From positions 1-64,000 of the IMG/VR virus record IMGVR_UViG_3300023202_000247: a DNA stretch of 64,000 bases; one strand, given 5' to 3'. A program made the translations under genes and the position numbers. Under the pieces are notes generated by a model. It did not search any database and was not told where the DNA came from. It was given only the letters and a program-made list of their open reading frames with translations. Shown piece by piece: positions 1 to 9,518 of this stretch. The stretch's first letter is position 1; the number at the start of each line of letters is the position of its first letter.

Positions 1-630
1 AAATGTGCCGTATCCTTATTCTCTTATTTATTCTATCCAAATGTGCCGTATCCTTTAATTATGGTGGCCCCTTCTTTTATAAATGTGCCGTATCCTTATT
101 CTCTTATTTATTCTATCCAAATGTGTCGTATCCTTTAATTATGGTGGCCCCTTCTTTTATAAATGTGCCGTATCCTTATTCTCTTATTTATTCTATCCAA
201 ATGTGTCGTATCCTTTAATTATGGTGGCCCCTTCTTTTATAAATGTGCCGTATCCTTATTCTCTTATTTATTCTATCCAAATGTGTCGTATCCTTTAATT
301 ATGGTGGCCCCTTCTTTTATAAATGTGCCGTATCCTTATTCTCTTATTTATTCTATCCAAATGTGTCGTATCCTTTAATTATGGTGGCCCCTTCTTTTAT
401 AAATGTGCCGTATCCTTATTCTCTTATTTATTCTATCCAAATGTGTCGTATCCTTTAATTATGGTGGCCCCTTCTTTTATAAATGTGCCGTATCCTTATT
501 CTCTTATTTATTCTATCCAAATGTGCCGTATCCTTTAATTATGGTGGCCCCTTCTTTTATAAATGTGCCGTATCCTTATTCTCTTATTTATTCTATCCAA
601 ATGTGCCGTATCCTTTAATTATGGTGGCCC
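1..630. repeat. 80-bp tandem repeat, about 7.9 copies (cut by the window edge); each unit is a 38-bp plus a 42-bp subunit sharing the 17-bp core AAATGTGYCGTATCCTT
   Basis: Unit starts at 1, 81, 161 ... 561; second core at 39, 119 ... 599; only a C/T variant differs between copies. Confidence 0.98.
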
Positions 631-1075
631 CGCGGGTGCGCGCTGTCAACTCCCATACCCCCTTAGCTTTTCCACCTATCAACCCCTTCTGCGTTTCATC
701 GTGACACATTCTCCGAAACTGTTTCAACAATGAATCAAAAGAAAAACCAAAAACTAAAAAGCTTGCAGAAACTATTATTCTACTTTTCTTTTCCTTTTTC
801 GCAAAACATACACTTGGCATGCCAATTGCTACGCACGCTATGCGCGCAGGATAGGTAGGTTCTGACCCCATCTTAGACCGGTCGGCCGAATTAAAAAAAA
901 GATTGGAACCCTTAGGGTGCGGCCCCGTATTCAGTACAAGCCCGGCGAAAAACCGGGCCCCGGTTCTCTGAAAACCTAACGCATGTTCTGTCGCCGCACT
1001 TTCTAGGCTAGTCCCGGAAAGTTTCGCAGAAACCCGGAGTTACCGGCCTCTGCGGAAAAAAGTCAGCCTTACCGG

Positions 1076-1103
1076 TTGACGCGGCGGAACGCGTGATTAG
1101 GTT
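1076..1103 (+). promoter_or_regulatory. Putative sigma70-type promoter (TTGACG ... TAGGTT) at the start of the structured non-coding region
   Basis: TTGACG, 16-bp spacer, TAGGTT; resembles the promoter-like sequence at 57922-57950 (shared TTGACGC and CGTGATTAG). Confidence 0.45.
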
Positions 1104-1104
1104 C

Positions 1105-2350
1105 CTAATGGGTCGCAACGGCCCCCCGGCGAAAGCCGGGATGATCATTGAAAACAGAATACCTCGCAAGCGGTAAGCCCCGGCTTGCGAGTAGAATCCT
1201 AAAAGGTTCCCATTAGTTTGGGAGCGCAGATTAGGACGTAATTCACGGGGCGGCCGATCTTCGGCCTAATATGTTACCGCGCTCTAAGTGTGCCGTAAGG
1301 GCGCTTATCGCGGTAATGGTATCACACACCGGATCTATAGGGTCAATCAAGTTAACTTCGAACCCTCTGAACCGGCGGATCTTGTCACGCTGTGAAGTGT
1401 TGCACGGTCCCGGGGCGAAAGCTTTGGTTAAGTGGTATCGCAGTTTTACCGGGTAACCGGGACCACATAGTTTTCGTGACTATAGCCAACCTGCATTAGT
1501 AGGGAAACTGTAATGGTTAATAAGTGGCCTAACTCTGTGAATTACGCTAGTCCCGAATTGGGATAAAAGCTCTAATGTCTAGCTCGAGACACTAGTACTT
1601 AGGCGGCTCCTAGTCGTCCGAACCGTCAATCAGGTTTTACCTCGAACGGTTGTGCGCACCTGTCTACGCCGATACCAAGGTTTGACAGTGTTGCAAGGGT
1701 AATGCTCGGTTTTCTACCACTAGCTAGGATGTTACCAGCGGGCCATAGGCCCGACGCGTCACACGCAAACCGTGCGTATGCGCTTTGCTGACCCGTAAAA
1801 CGGCGGTTTTGAGCGCTAAGCCTTCCCCAAAGGCTAAAGTCGGTGGTAACAGTGGAATTCTAGTGGCACAATCGCTGCGAAGCTGCTTAATGTAGTTTTT
1901 GCGGATTGTCACTGATTAACGTGTATGAGTCTGTTAGAGTTTAAAAACGGCCCTACGTATATCGTAGCGGGGCAATCCCGGACAATTGTTCGTTAATTCC
2001 CATGCATAATGCGTGGTCGAGTTATCGATTCTAATCTGTAATGTTTCAATCGGGGAGAATATCTGAGGCAATGTAGGCAGATACACAAGTCTAGCAGCGG
2101 TTATCCGTTGCGTTACGGGCTTTCCCGGCCGTCTTTTTGACGATAACGTAACAATTACGTTATTCGCCGGATCGCGTTGTGATACGCGAGACGTCTATAA
2201 AGCTACGTTGGGCATAATCGTAGGTCATAATGACTTTGCGGTTATTGTAGTTTTTGCCAAAGGTGTTTTAGTAGATTGAAACGGGGGAAGCGGCAAGCGA
2301 GATAGATGAACCGTAGTTTTTACGGGTGTAGTGTGTCTCGCTTGCTTGCT
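1105..2350 (+). ncRNA. Candidate long structured RNA, family not identified
   Basis: No convincing ORF; many stems including CCCGGC-GAAA-GCCGGG (1125-1140), CTAATGGG/CCCATTAG (1105/1209), GGCCGA/TCGGCC (1252/1261), TTACCGCG/CGCGGTAA (1274/1309) and GCAAGCGAGA/TCTCGCTTGC (2293/2336). Confidence 0.4.
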
Positions 2351-2585
2351 ACCTTGGCGGTTTGATGCAGTAATTGTAGGAATCGCGAAGATAGCAAACG
2401 TGGGTGCGGGTGGTTTTCGGAAAGAAAGTTATGCGGAAAACGCAAAGTCTTTTCAGGGATCACCCGCGCACACCAATTCCTAAACCCCCTAAAACTTCAA
2501 AGTCTTTCAGGCGATCAATGTATAATTTTTCGCCCTAAACCCCCAAAACCAGGGCGCAATTGCGCCCAAAGCAAGCGAGGTAATA

Positions 2586-2759
2586 ATGACCGCACGCAAC
2601 GCACACGCACGCAACGCACGCACGGCCCACAAGCGCGAGACGCACGACAAGCGCTCGCACTACGGGTTTTTCAATAGAATGACCAACAAGCTCGAGCGCT
2701 CGAAGCGCTTCGAGCTTGTCTGGATTGACGACATTCCGTGCATGGTCCGCGTCAGCTGA
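2586..2759 (+). CDS. Small hypothetical protein, 57 aa (MTARNAHARNARTAHK...)
   Basis: GAGGT RBS upstream and TATAAT at 2521; below the ORF-track cutoff. Confidence 0.45.
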   Translation: MTARNAHARNARTAHKRETHDKRSHYGFFNRMTNKLERSKRFELVWIDDIPCMVRVS

Positions 2760-2899
2760 GCGCTGGGAATCTGATCCGAACGTTCGAGCATCCGTCGCAT
2801 CCCGCGTCCAGGCGCAAGTGCGTCTCGACGTTGGATGCCGCGGGCATTCGAGCCCGAGCCAACAACCGGGCGGTGATCCGTCCGGTTAAGGAGAACATC

Positions 2900-3163
2900 A
2901 TGGCAAAGAAGACCACGAAGAAGACCGCAAAGAAGACCACGAAGAAGACCACGAAGATGAACGCCAAGGGACCAACCCGCGTGCCGCGCAACCGTGGCGT
3001 GAAGGCCACCCCGGTGGCAGATCGCTTCGTGTGGAAGCGGGAGTGCCCGGTAGTGGCCTTTCGTAAGGGTGATTCGGTCGAAACGGCCGAGGAGCTTCTG
3101 CTCGAGCGCCCGAATCTCGAGCGCAAGTGGGTTCCGGCGGCCGACTGCCAGCTGTCCAGCTAG
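2900..3163 (+). CDS. Hypothetical protein with a Lys/Thr-rich histone-like N-terminus (MAKKTTKKTAKK...)
   Basis: AAGGAG RBS before the ATG at 2900, inside ORF 2738-3163. Confidence 0.7.
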   Translation: MAKKTTKKTAKKTTKKTTKMNAKGPTRVPRNRGVKATPVADRFVWKRECPVVAFRKGDSVETAEELLLERPNLERKWVPAADCQLSS

Positions 3164-3168
3164 GGGGC

Positions 3169-3454
3169 GAAGGTGCGCGGCTAGTCAAACGAGCCAGTAG
3201 GCTTTTCCCGTCAAGCCAAGTCCCGCCGGGTCTCGGCTCGGGCCGTAAGGTCCGGGCCGAGATCCGTTCAGAGTCCGCGCCGAGCCAATAGGCTGGCGCG
3301 GCCGTGAGCACGCATTGATGCGTGCGAGCGAAGGTTTCAATCCATTCTGGCTAATAATGCCAGGGTTCAAAGCCCGTGTAACAATCACGGGAGGAGTGTA
3401 TCTATGACCAACCAGCAAGCAATCCGTCACATGGGCTCGCCCGATCTCGAGGTA
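3169..3454 (+). repeat. Copy 1 of a 286-bp structured leader plus first 17 codons (MTNQQAIRHMGSPDLEV)
   Basis: Identical to 4824-5109; about eight consecutive hairpins ending next to an AGGAG RBS. Confidence 0.95.
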
Positions 3455-3754
3455 ATCGAACATGCCCTCGAAGTGCACGGCTCATACGCCGAGGCCGTAG
3501 CCGCGCTGGAGTCGTGGCACCACGGGATCCTGGTGTCCGCGGGTGGCGGGTCGTACAGAGCGATCTACTGCTGCGCGCCGGAGGATATGCCGAGCGTGCT
3601 GAGCCATGCCGATTCCCGTCGGCACGCTCCGATGCTCGTGACGATCGCCCACCGAGGAGCCGCGCCACAGCACTGGGCCCAGGATCCGTCCGGCCATCGT
3701 CGCGGCGGTAGCAGGGTGATCCGGGTGCAGCGCCCGGCCGAGGTGCAGTCATGA
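3404..3754 (+). CDS. Hypothetical protein, 116 aa
   Basis: RBS GGAGGAG; shares its N-terminus with 5059-5439; stop overlaps the next ATG. Confidence 0.75.
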   Translation: MTNQQAIRHMGSPDLEVIEHALEVHGSYAEAVAALESWHHGILVSAGGGSYRAIYCCAPEDMPSVLSHADSRRHAPMLVTIAHRGAAPQHWAQDPSGHRRGGSRVIRVQRPAEVQS

Positions 3755-3927
3755 GCGCCGACACCGCGATCGTAGTCACGCGCCACCTGGCGCTGGTAGA
3801 GTACCTGCGTGAGCAGGGCCTCATCGACGAGGACACCGACGTGGTGGCCCACGTCACCGATCCGGAGCAGATTCGGGGGCTGCACGTGATAGGGCCCGTC
3901 CCACTGCACCTCGCGGCGGATCAATAG
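3751..3927 (+). pseudogene. csx16: Truncated Csx16-like (ring-nuclease-related) protein, 58 aa
   Basis: IVVTRHLALVEYL...VVAHV...IRGLHVIGPVPLHLAA matches the Csx16-type motif (TRH.A..E ... HVIG.LP.HLAA); C-terminal part missing. Confidence 0.55.
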
Positions 3928-3961
3928 GCTGATCGGAGAGTGGGCGGACGCTCACGGGCTA

Positions 3962-4168
3962 GTGAAGTTCCGGGGGTTGCTCGGGCGCACGCACGCTCTC
4001 CCGGGAGACACCGCAGCAGCGCTCGAGCTGGTGCGACTGAGCAGACTGGATCCTCCGTACGGAGGTGAGATCCAGTGGGTGGGCATGCTCGATGGGATCC
4101 CGTGCGTGCGCCTCGGGATCAAGGTTGCCGGTCACGAGCTGTACGTGTCCTTCGTGCCGGAGCGCTGA
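3962..4168 (+). CDS. Hypothetical protein, possibly 5'-truncated
   Basis: ORF track; its 3' half is duplicated at 5529-5614. Confidence 0.5.
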   Translation: MKFRGLLGRTHALPGDTAAALELVRLSRLDPPYGGEIQWVGMLDGIPCVRLGIKVAGHELYVSFVPER

Positions 4169-4275
4169 CACCCCCATCCTGCCCCGGAGCATGCTCCGGG
4201 TCGGGAGTGGCGGATTCAGCCGCTGACTGGAGGATAGAGATGAAACGGTTCCGTTTGGACCCCGATACCGGCTTT
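4083..4275 (+). repeat. Copy 1 of a 193-bp module: gene end, hairpins, RBS and MKRFRLDPDTGF start
   Basis: Near-identical to 5529-5721; includes the palindrome CCCGGAGCATGCTCCGGG. Confidence 0.93.
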
Positions 4276-4494
4276 CGGCACGTGCCGGTGGTTCCTGCCG
4301 CGGGCTGGGACGAGCAAGATGAACACGTGATGCTGCGGTGGCCGTATGTAGGCTTGCTCGAGCGCTACGAGCGCGAGCCGGTACTCATCTGCTCCGCCGC
4401 GGTCCAAACGGGCCTGTGGACTCGTGGACATGGTTGGTTCGCGGCGGGTGTGTCTGTGCGCGGGTCGAGGCGCAGTCATGAGCGCCGACCTTGA
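4240..4494 (+). CDS. Hypothetical protein starting MKRFRLDPDTGF
   Basis: GGAGGA RBS; lies in frame within ORF 4075-4494. Confidence 0.6.
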   Translation: MKRFRLDPDTGFRHVPVVPAAGWDEQDEHVMLRWPYVGLLERYEREPVLICSAAVQTGLWTRGHGWFAAGVSVRGSRRSHERRP

Positions 4495-4585
4495 GCTACT
4501 GCGCGACAACTGAGCCCGCGGGGGCGGGGCCCGAGTATCTCGGACCTCGCACCGGCTGACTCAATCGAGCCGAAAGGAGTAGACC

Positions 4586-4825
4586 ATGTACGCAGTCATC
4601 CGCAACGCCACCCGCTACACCGGGACCCAAACATTCGCCGGCCACGTCGAGAGCCGGCACGACTCGCTCGAGGATGCGCTCCGCGCGGAGGCTCGCTCAC
4701 AGCGAGCCTGCACGCGCGCGAACGGCCCCCACACCTGGCTCGATCTGAGGGTCATCGAGATCGAGTGGGACGGCGGCGAGGCCGCCCGGGGCGAATCCCG
4801 GAGTAGCGTCGACCTCCTCGACTGA
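4586..4825 (+). CDS. Hypothetical protein, 79 aa
   Basis: AAAGGAG RBS; ORF track. Confidence 0.75.
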   Translation: MYAVIRNATRYTGTQTFAGHVESRHDSLEDALRAEARSQRACTRANGPHTWLDLRVIEIEWDGGEAARGESRSSVDLLD

Positions 4826-5109
4826 AGGTGCGCGGCTAGTCAAACGAGCCAGTAGGCTTTTCCCGTCAAGCCAAGTCCCGCCGGGTCTCGGCTCGGGCCG
4901 TAAGGTCCGGGCCGAGATCCGTTCAGAGTCCGCGCCGAGCCAATAGGCTGGCGCGGCCGTGAGCACGCATTGATGCGTGCGAGCGAAGGTTTCAATCCAT
5001 TCTGGCTAATAATGCCAGGGTTCAAAGCCCGTGTAACAATCACGGGAGGAGTGTATCTATGACCAACCAGCAAGCAATCCGTCACATGGGCTCGCCCGAT
5101 CTCGAGGTA
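4824..5109 (+). repeat. Copy 2 of the 286-bp structured leader module
   Basis: Identical to 3169-3454. Confidence 0.95.
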
Positions 5110-5439
5110 CATGATCTGGCTCGTTTTTGCGAGTCAAAGGTGAAGCGCGTTCGCAAGCGTGCGCTGCACTTGGCGAGCATGCACTTGGTCGAAACCCCGA
5201 AGTGGGGTGCGGCCGAACAGCTGCTAGCCCGGCGAGTGATCCGGGGAATCCAACGGAATCAGGGTGCAAGTCTATCCGACTTGTATGCTCCGGTTCCGGC
5301 CGCGTTCGTACGGGCGTGTGCGTGGGCGCTGGCGTGCAAAGGAAGCACGCGAGGCAAGCTCGAGGGCAAGTTTAGACGAGCCCTACGTGAGAGTCAGTAC
5401 GAGCAGAGCGCGGGGAAGTCCGCGCGGAAGGCTGCGTAA
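5059..5439 (+). CDS. Hypothetical protein, 126 aa
   Basis: Same RBS and N-terminus as 3404, unrelated body. Confidence 0.7.
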   Translation: MTNQQAIRHMGSPDLEVHDLARFCESKVKRVRKRALHLASMHLVETPKWGAAEQLLARRVIRGIQRNQGASLSDLYAPVPAAFVRACAWALACKGSTRGKLEGKFRRALRESQYEQSAGKSARKAA

Positions 5440-5528
5440 GATGGGCGGATTCAAAGGAGATATGATGATAGTCACACGCCACCTGGTCGAGGTGCAGTCG
5501 TGAGCCGGCAGGAGCATCCGCACGAGGT

Positions 5529-5721
5529 GCATGGTCGACGGGGCTCCGTGTGTGCGCCTCGGGATCAAGATCGCCGGTCACGAGCTGTACGTGTCCTTCG
5601 TGCCGGAGCGCTGACACCCCCATCCTGCCCCGGAGCATGCTCCGGGTCGGGAGTGGCGGATTCAGCCGCTGACTGGAGGATAGAGATGAAACGGTTCCGT
5701 TTGGACCCCGATACCGGCTTT
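5529..5721 (+). repeat. Copy 2 of the 193-bp module
   Basis: Near-identical to 4083-4275. Confidence 0.93.
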
Positions 5722-6021
5722 GATGCAATGTTGGATTACGATGACGGCGAGCGTTGTTGGCGCGTGTCGGCGGACCTGCTCGATGATATCGAGGCCGAAG
5801 TCGCCGAGCGCATCGCCGAGGCTGTGCGCACTCTGGCCGAGCCGCTGCAAGCAACCGAGTCCAGCGATGGGGAGTGGTACGACGTTGCCACCGTGAATGC
5901 GTGCGCCGCGTGCGGTGCCCCCACGCGCTACATGGGCTGGCTCCACGGCTACGTGCAGCCGCTCTGCCTGCGGGGCTGCCCCGTGCAGGGCTGTCGCCCG
6001 CCCACCATCGAGGAATCATGA
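5686..6021 (+). CDS. Hypothetical protein starting MKRFRLDPDTGF with a C-terminal CxxC...CxxxC
   Basis: RBS; stop overlaps the ATG at 6018. Confidence 0.65.
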   Translation: MKRFRLDPDTGFDAMLDYDDGERCWRVSADLLDDIEAEVAERIAEAVRTLAEPLQATESSDGEWYDVATVNACAACGAPTRYMGWLHGYVQPLCLRGCPVQGCRPPTIEES

Positions 6022-6155
6022 AAACAATAGTAGTAACGCGCCACCCGGCGCTAGTGGAGTACATTCACGAGATCGGCCTAGCCGGTCCGGACACTAAGGT
6101 TATTCCGCATGCACAGGCTGCGGAGCGCGGCGCAACCACCATCTATTGGGCATAA
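6018..6155 (+). pseudogene. csx16: Second truncated Csx16-like protein, 45 aa (MKTIVVTRHPALVEYIHEIGL...VIPHA)
   Basis: TRHPALVEY motif; similarity is lost after PHA. Confidence 0.55.
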
Positions 6156-6162
6156 GGAAGAA

Positions 6163-8901
6163 ATGAAGATCGAAGTTTCCACGGAAGAGCATGCACGCAT
6201 CATGAAGCACGTTGCCGAGGCCCGCGTGAAGGAGCGCCGAGTCCGCGAAGCTCGCGCACGTCGACGGGAAGCTCTTCGGAAGTACCCTGGCGCAACCATC
6301 GGCGAATTGCTCGAGGCGAAGCACGCGAACCAATAGGTCGAGCGGCAGTCGCCGGGCATGAGCATCGACCAAAGCTCATGCCCGGCCGCAGCAATTCAAC
6401 CAAAAGGAAACATGACGACTTTTGCATTCTGCATTCTGATTGCCGTGGTTGCGGGTCTCACCCGTATCAGCATCGCATCATGAGCAAGCACGCACGTAAA
6501 AGACCGGTTCGAGACGGATGGTGTCGGCAGGCGCGTCGCGAGATGCACACGCTCAATCCGGCATCGAACACCGGAGCCATCTGCGAAAAGGCACGTCTTT
6601 ATGGCATGCCGACTGGTAGTGGTATGTACCGACACGTGGTCGGAACGTCCACGACGTGCAGCAAAACTGGAAAGGAGCGGGTGGTCATTACCGCCCGTCC
6701 AGCCGGCGACCCGCCAGCAAGCAAGCTGGTTTTCGCCGATGAAACCACGGATGAACGTGAAAGCAATCGTCCGAGCCTGAGTCACGTGCTGGTCGGAGCC
6801 AAGCGAAAGGTTGTCAAGCGGCGTCGCAAGCGTCGCAAGATTCTGACACCCGCACAGCGCCGTGCGCGTCGGATTGTCGAGGTGTGACATGTGCAAGTTG
6901 AAGGAGTTCGAACAGGCAAACGGCGGCCACCGCTACGACGGTCGGTGTCGTTGTCAAACGTGCGTCGACTTCGAGTTTTACTTGAAGCTTTCGATCGCAA
7001 AAGAATCCGAGCAAAAGCGCACGAAGCGCGAAAACGGAAGTCTGCTACAATGTCTTTGAGCGATGATTCGCGGCGTCAGCTGAAGTACTCGCTCGGAGAA
7101 AAGCTCGGGTTGTTTCCGGCGAAGCCCGAGCCGACTCCGCAGGACGCTCGCTCGAAGGCGGAACTGTTCGAAATTCACAGGAACGGGTTGTAGCAAAGAT
7201 GCATAGGCAACAATGCGACAAGACCGTTGCCCGACACGCACTCACCTGCCAAGACGATATCTTCTACCATGATCAGGAGTCGATCCCGTGTAGCCTCGAA
7301 TATCACCACCGCCAGCACAACGTCCAATGCCCAGCATGCGGCGAGTGGATGTGTGAATGGTATCAGGTCAACTAACGGCGCTGGTCGCCCGGAGACAAGA
7401 TGCACAAGCAACAATCTATCAATATATGGATCCCAAAGCTGCGCAAGAATGCACCTAGTAACGCTAGCGGCATGCGCGGTATCCACACCCCGTATGCAAC
7501 GCGGAAGGAGGCGCTGTCGCATACGCACTGGGCCAACCAAGCTCCGTATGCGACGGCCAAGCGCGTGACCATCTGCGACGCACTCGGGCCCGACTGGTGT
7601 AGAGACGACGCCGGGCGGGTGCTCGCACAGATCGTGCTCGACGCCGAGGATTACGGCGACGTGCTGTACGAGGTGCACCGTGAAGCCGCGCGCCTCATTG
7701 ACGAAGGTCGCAACGTCGACGCGATCCGATTGTATCTCGGGCTGTAAGGAGAAAACATGAAAGAAAACATCAAGATCAGCAGTGACGCGGGTTGGGGCGA
7801 TCTGGAGATTGGCATCAACGTCTACAGTATCAAACAGTTGACACACTGTGCTAACTCTCTCGAGCATGCTGCTTGGAAGATTCGCCAGCGAATCGACAAT
7901 ATCTCGAAGGGAAACAAGAAGCTGGACCCATACATCTACGCGGAGATTCGCAAAGAGTGTGGCGGTACGGTGTTTCACCGACGTTCAGGAAACAAATTCT
8001 ATTACGAAAACCTGGACACAAAGACCTACATCGCCACACGAGTGCGTGCGAGCGCGTCGCTCGCTGACGAATCCGACGAATATATTTTGCAGCAAGTGGA
8101 AAACGCGATGTACCGCCTGAAAAAGCAGCGCCGAATTCTCGACGAAGAAACGGCCGCGATGCGTAGGGAAGGTATTGACGTTTCGTCACTTAAAAAAATC
8201 GCGATGCTCGAATTCAACAAAGCGGGGTTTTTCCAGAATCCCGAGGATGTTGACAAACTGGTGGACGAGTACCTTTCGACGCCACTTCGAGACATGCACG
8301 TTATCGTGGCGGAAGCAGTGGAAACCCTGCGTGAACGTGGCGAGCTGTATAAAATGTCCAGTGTCTCTAAGGTTTGCAAGTACCGACCCGCCGTCGTCGT
8401 CGTCGGCGAAGACTACGCCGTTGCCAAGATCGCAATCATCAAAGAAGTCCGCCGGATCGCAAACTGTGATTTGCGTACGGCCAAGGATGCAACCGAGCGT
8501 TACATCACAGAAACGAAACTAGGTTAATGCGATGAATAACTCGGAGTGTAGGTTGTGCGGGCATGTGCATCCCGACGACTCCAAGCAGTGTCCTTTGCGT
8601 TGTTCTGCGTGTGGAGGGGAGTTGGATAGCACGGGAAACTGTGCTTTGTACTGTGTCGACGATTCTTACGGTGTTGACCGCGAAAGCGTGAAAAAGGAGG
8701 AATACGATGAATAACCTGAAAAACAGATTCGAGCGAGACATGGCGAAGGGTAGGCTGGCTCGGGCGCGCATTGCGCTGAACGATGCCGAGCGTCGTCAGA
8801 GTCTCGGAGTCGGCAATCCCTTCACGGTCGGCATGGAAGTCGAGGCGGCACGTGCGCGTCTCGGCCGGTGTCGCCGACAGCTTGCGGATCTGAGCCGATA
8901 A
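6163..8901 (+). other. Run of small hypothetical genes (about 6163-6336, 6378-6887, 7400-7747, 7757-8527, 8532-8714, 8707-8901)
   Basis: Closely packed + strand ORFs with RBSs; no family recognised. Confidence 0.6.
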
Positions 8902-8924
8902 CGTACCGCCGAAAGGAAAAGACG

Positions 8925-9518
8925 ATGGAACATCTCATGCTGATTAGCACGCCGGGCTGCGGTCGTACGATGTACGCACGGTCACTGGCCGAAGAACCAT
9001 CTGCCACGAAGTTTTTCATCGCTCGTGAGGGTGCAACGTCTACGTTGCATCGCATGGCGGGATTGCCTCCCCGAAAGGTGCTCGACGTTCCGTTCCGTGC
9101 TCCGTATCACACAGTGAGCGTGACTGGAATAACCGGCTCGCTCATCAACGGATACAATGTCCGTCCGGGTGAATTGTCACTGGCACACGGCGGCATCCTT
9201 TTGCTGGACGAGGCAGCTGAGTTTTCACGCACTGTGCTGGACCACGTGCTCACCGTACTACGTACGGGTGAAGTGGAATTGTATGGTTACAGAGGAACGC
9301 GAGTAATTCTGCCGGCCCAATTCAGGTTGGTAATTTCTACCAATCCTTGTCCGTGCGCATTCCGCACCAGCAACGTTCGCAAGTGTGTGTGTAGCGACCA
9401 ACAGTGCAAGCGGTACATGGATCGACTATCAGCTTTTCGAAACCATTGTCGGGTTGTCGAGGAGCCGGAGATTCGAGAGCGGGTTACAGCTATCAGAGGT
9501 AAAGCAAGCAATGAGTAA
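8925..9518 (+). CDS. YifB/ComM-like (Mg-chelatase family) AAA+ ATPase domain, N-terminally truncated, altered Walker A
   Basis: HLMLISTPGCGRT, PFRAPYHTVS, RPGELSLAHGGILLLDE, STNPCPC...CVC motifs. Confidence 0.85.
   Translation: MEHLMLISTPGCGRTMYARSLAEEPSATKFFIAREGATSTLHRMAGLPPRKVLDVPFRAPYHTVSVTGITGSLINGYNVRPGELSLAHGGILLLDEAAEFSRTVLDHVLTVLRTGEVELYGYRGTRVILPAQFRLVISTNPCPCAFRTSNVRKCVCSDQQCKRYMDRLSAFRNHCRVVEEPEIRERVTAIRGKASNE

Noticed and set aside
1-630. 80-bp array as a CRISPR
   Set aside because: The intervening sequences are identical, the core is unrelated to the 36-bp repeat, and no cas gene is adjacent
816-828. 13-nt reverse-complement match to the sequence after the solo repeat (32500-32512)
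   Set aside because: Largely a self-palindromic GGCATGCC core and distal to the seed
3-871. Seven overlapping 71-73-aa ORFs in the 80-bp repeat
   Set aside because: They arise from the repeat period shifting frame each copy; no RBS; not credible genes
1050-1190. AAAACAGAA and AAAGTC fragments reminiscent of RNase P RNA
   Set aside because: P4 pairing partners and spacing do not fit
1478-1555. GACTA/TAGTC pair resembling group I intron P7
   Set aside because: No convincing P/Q elements in the right order and no interrupted gene
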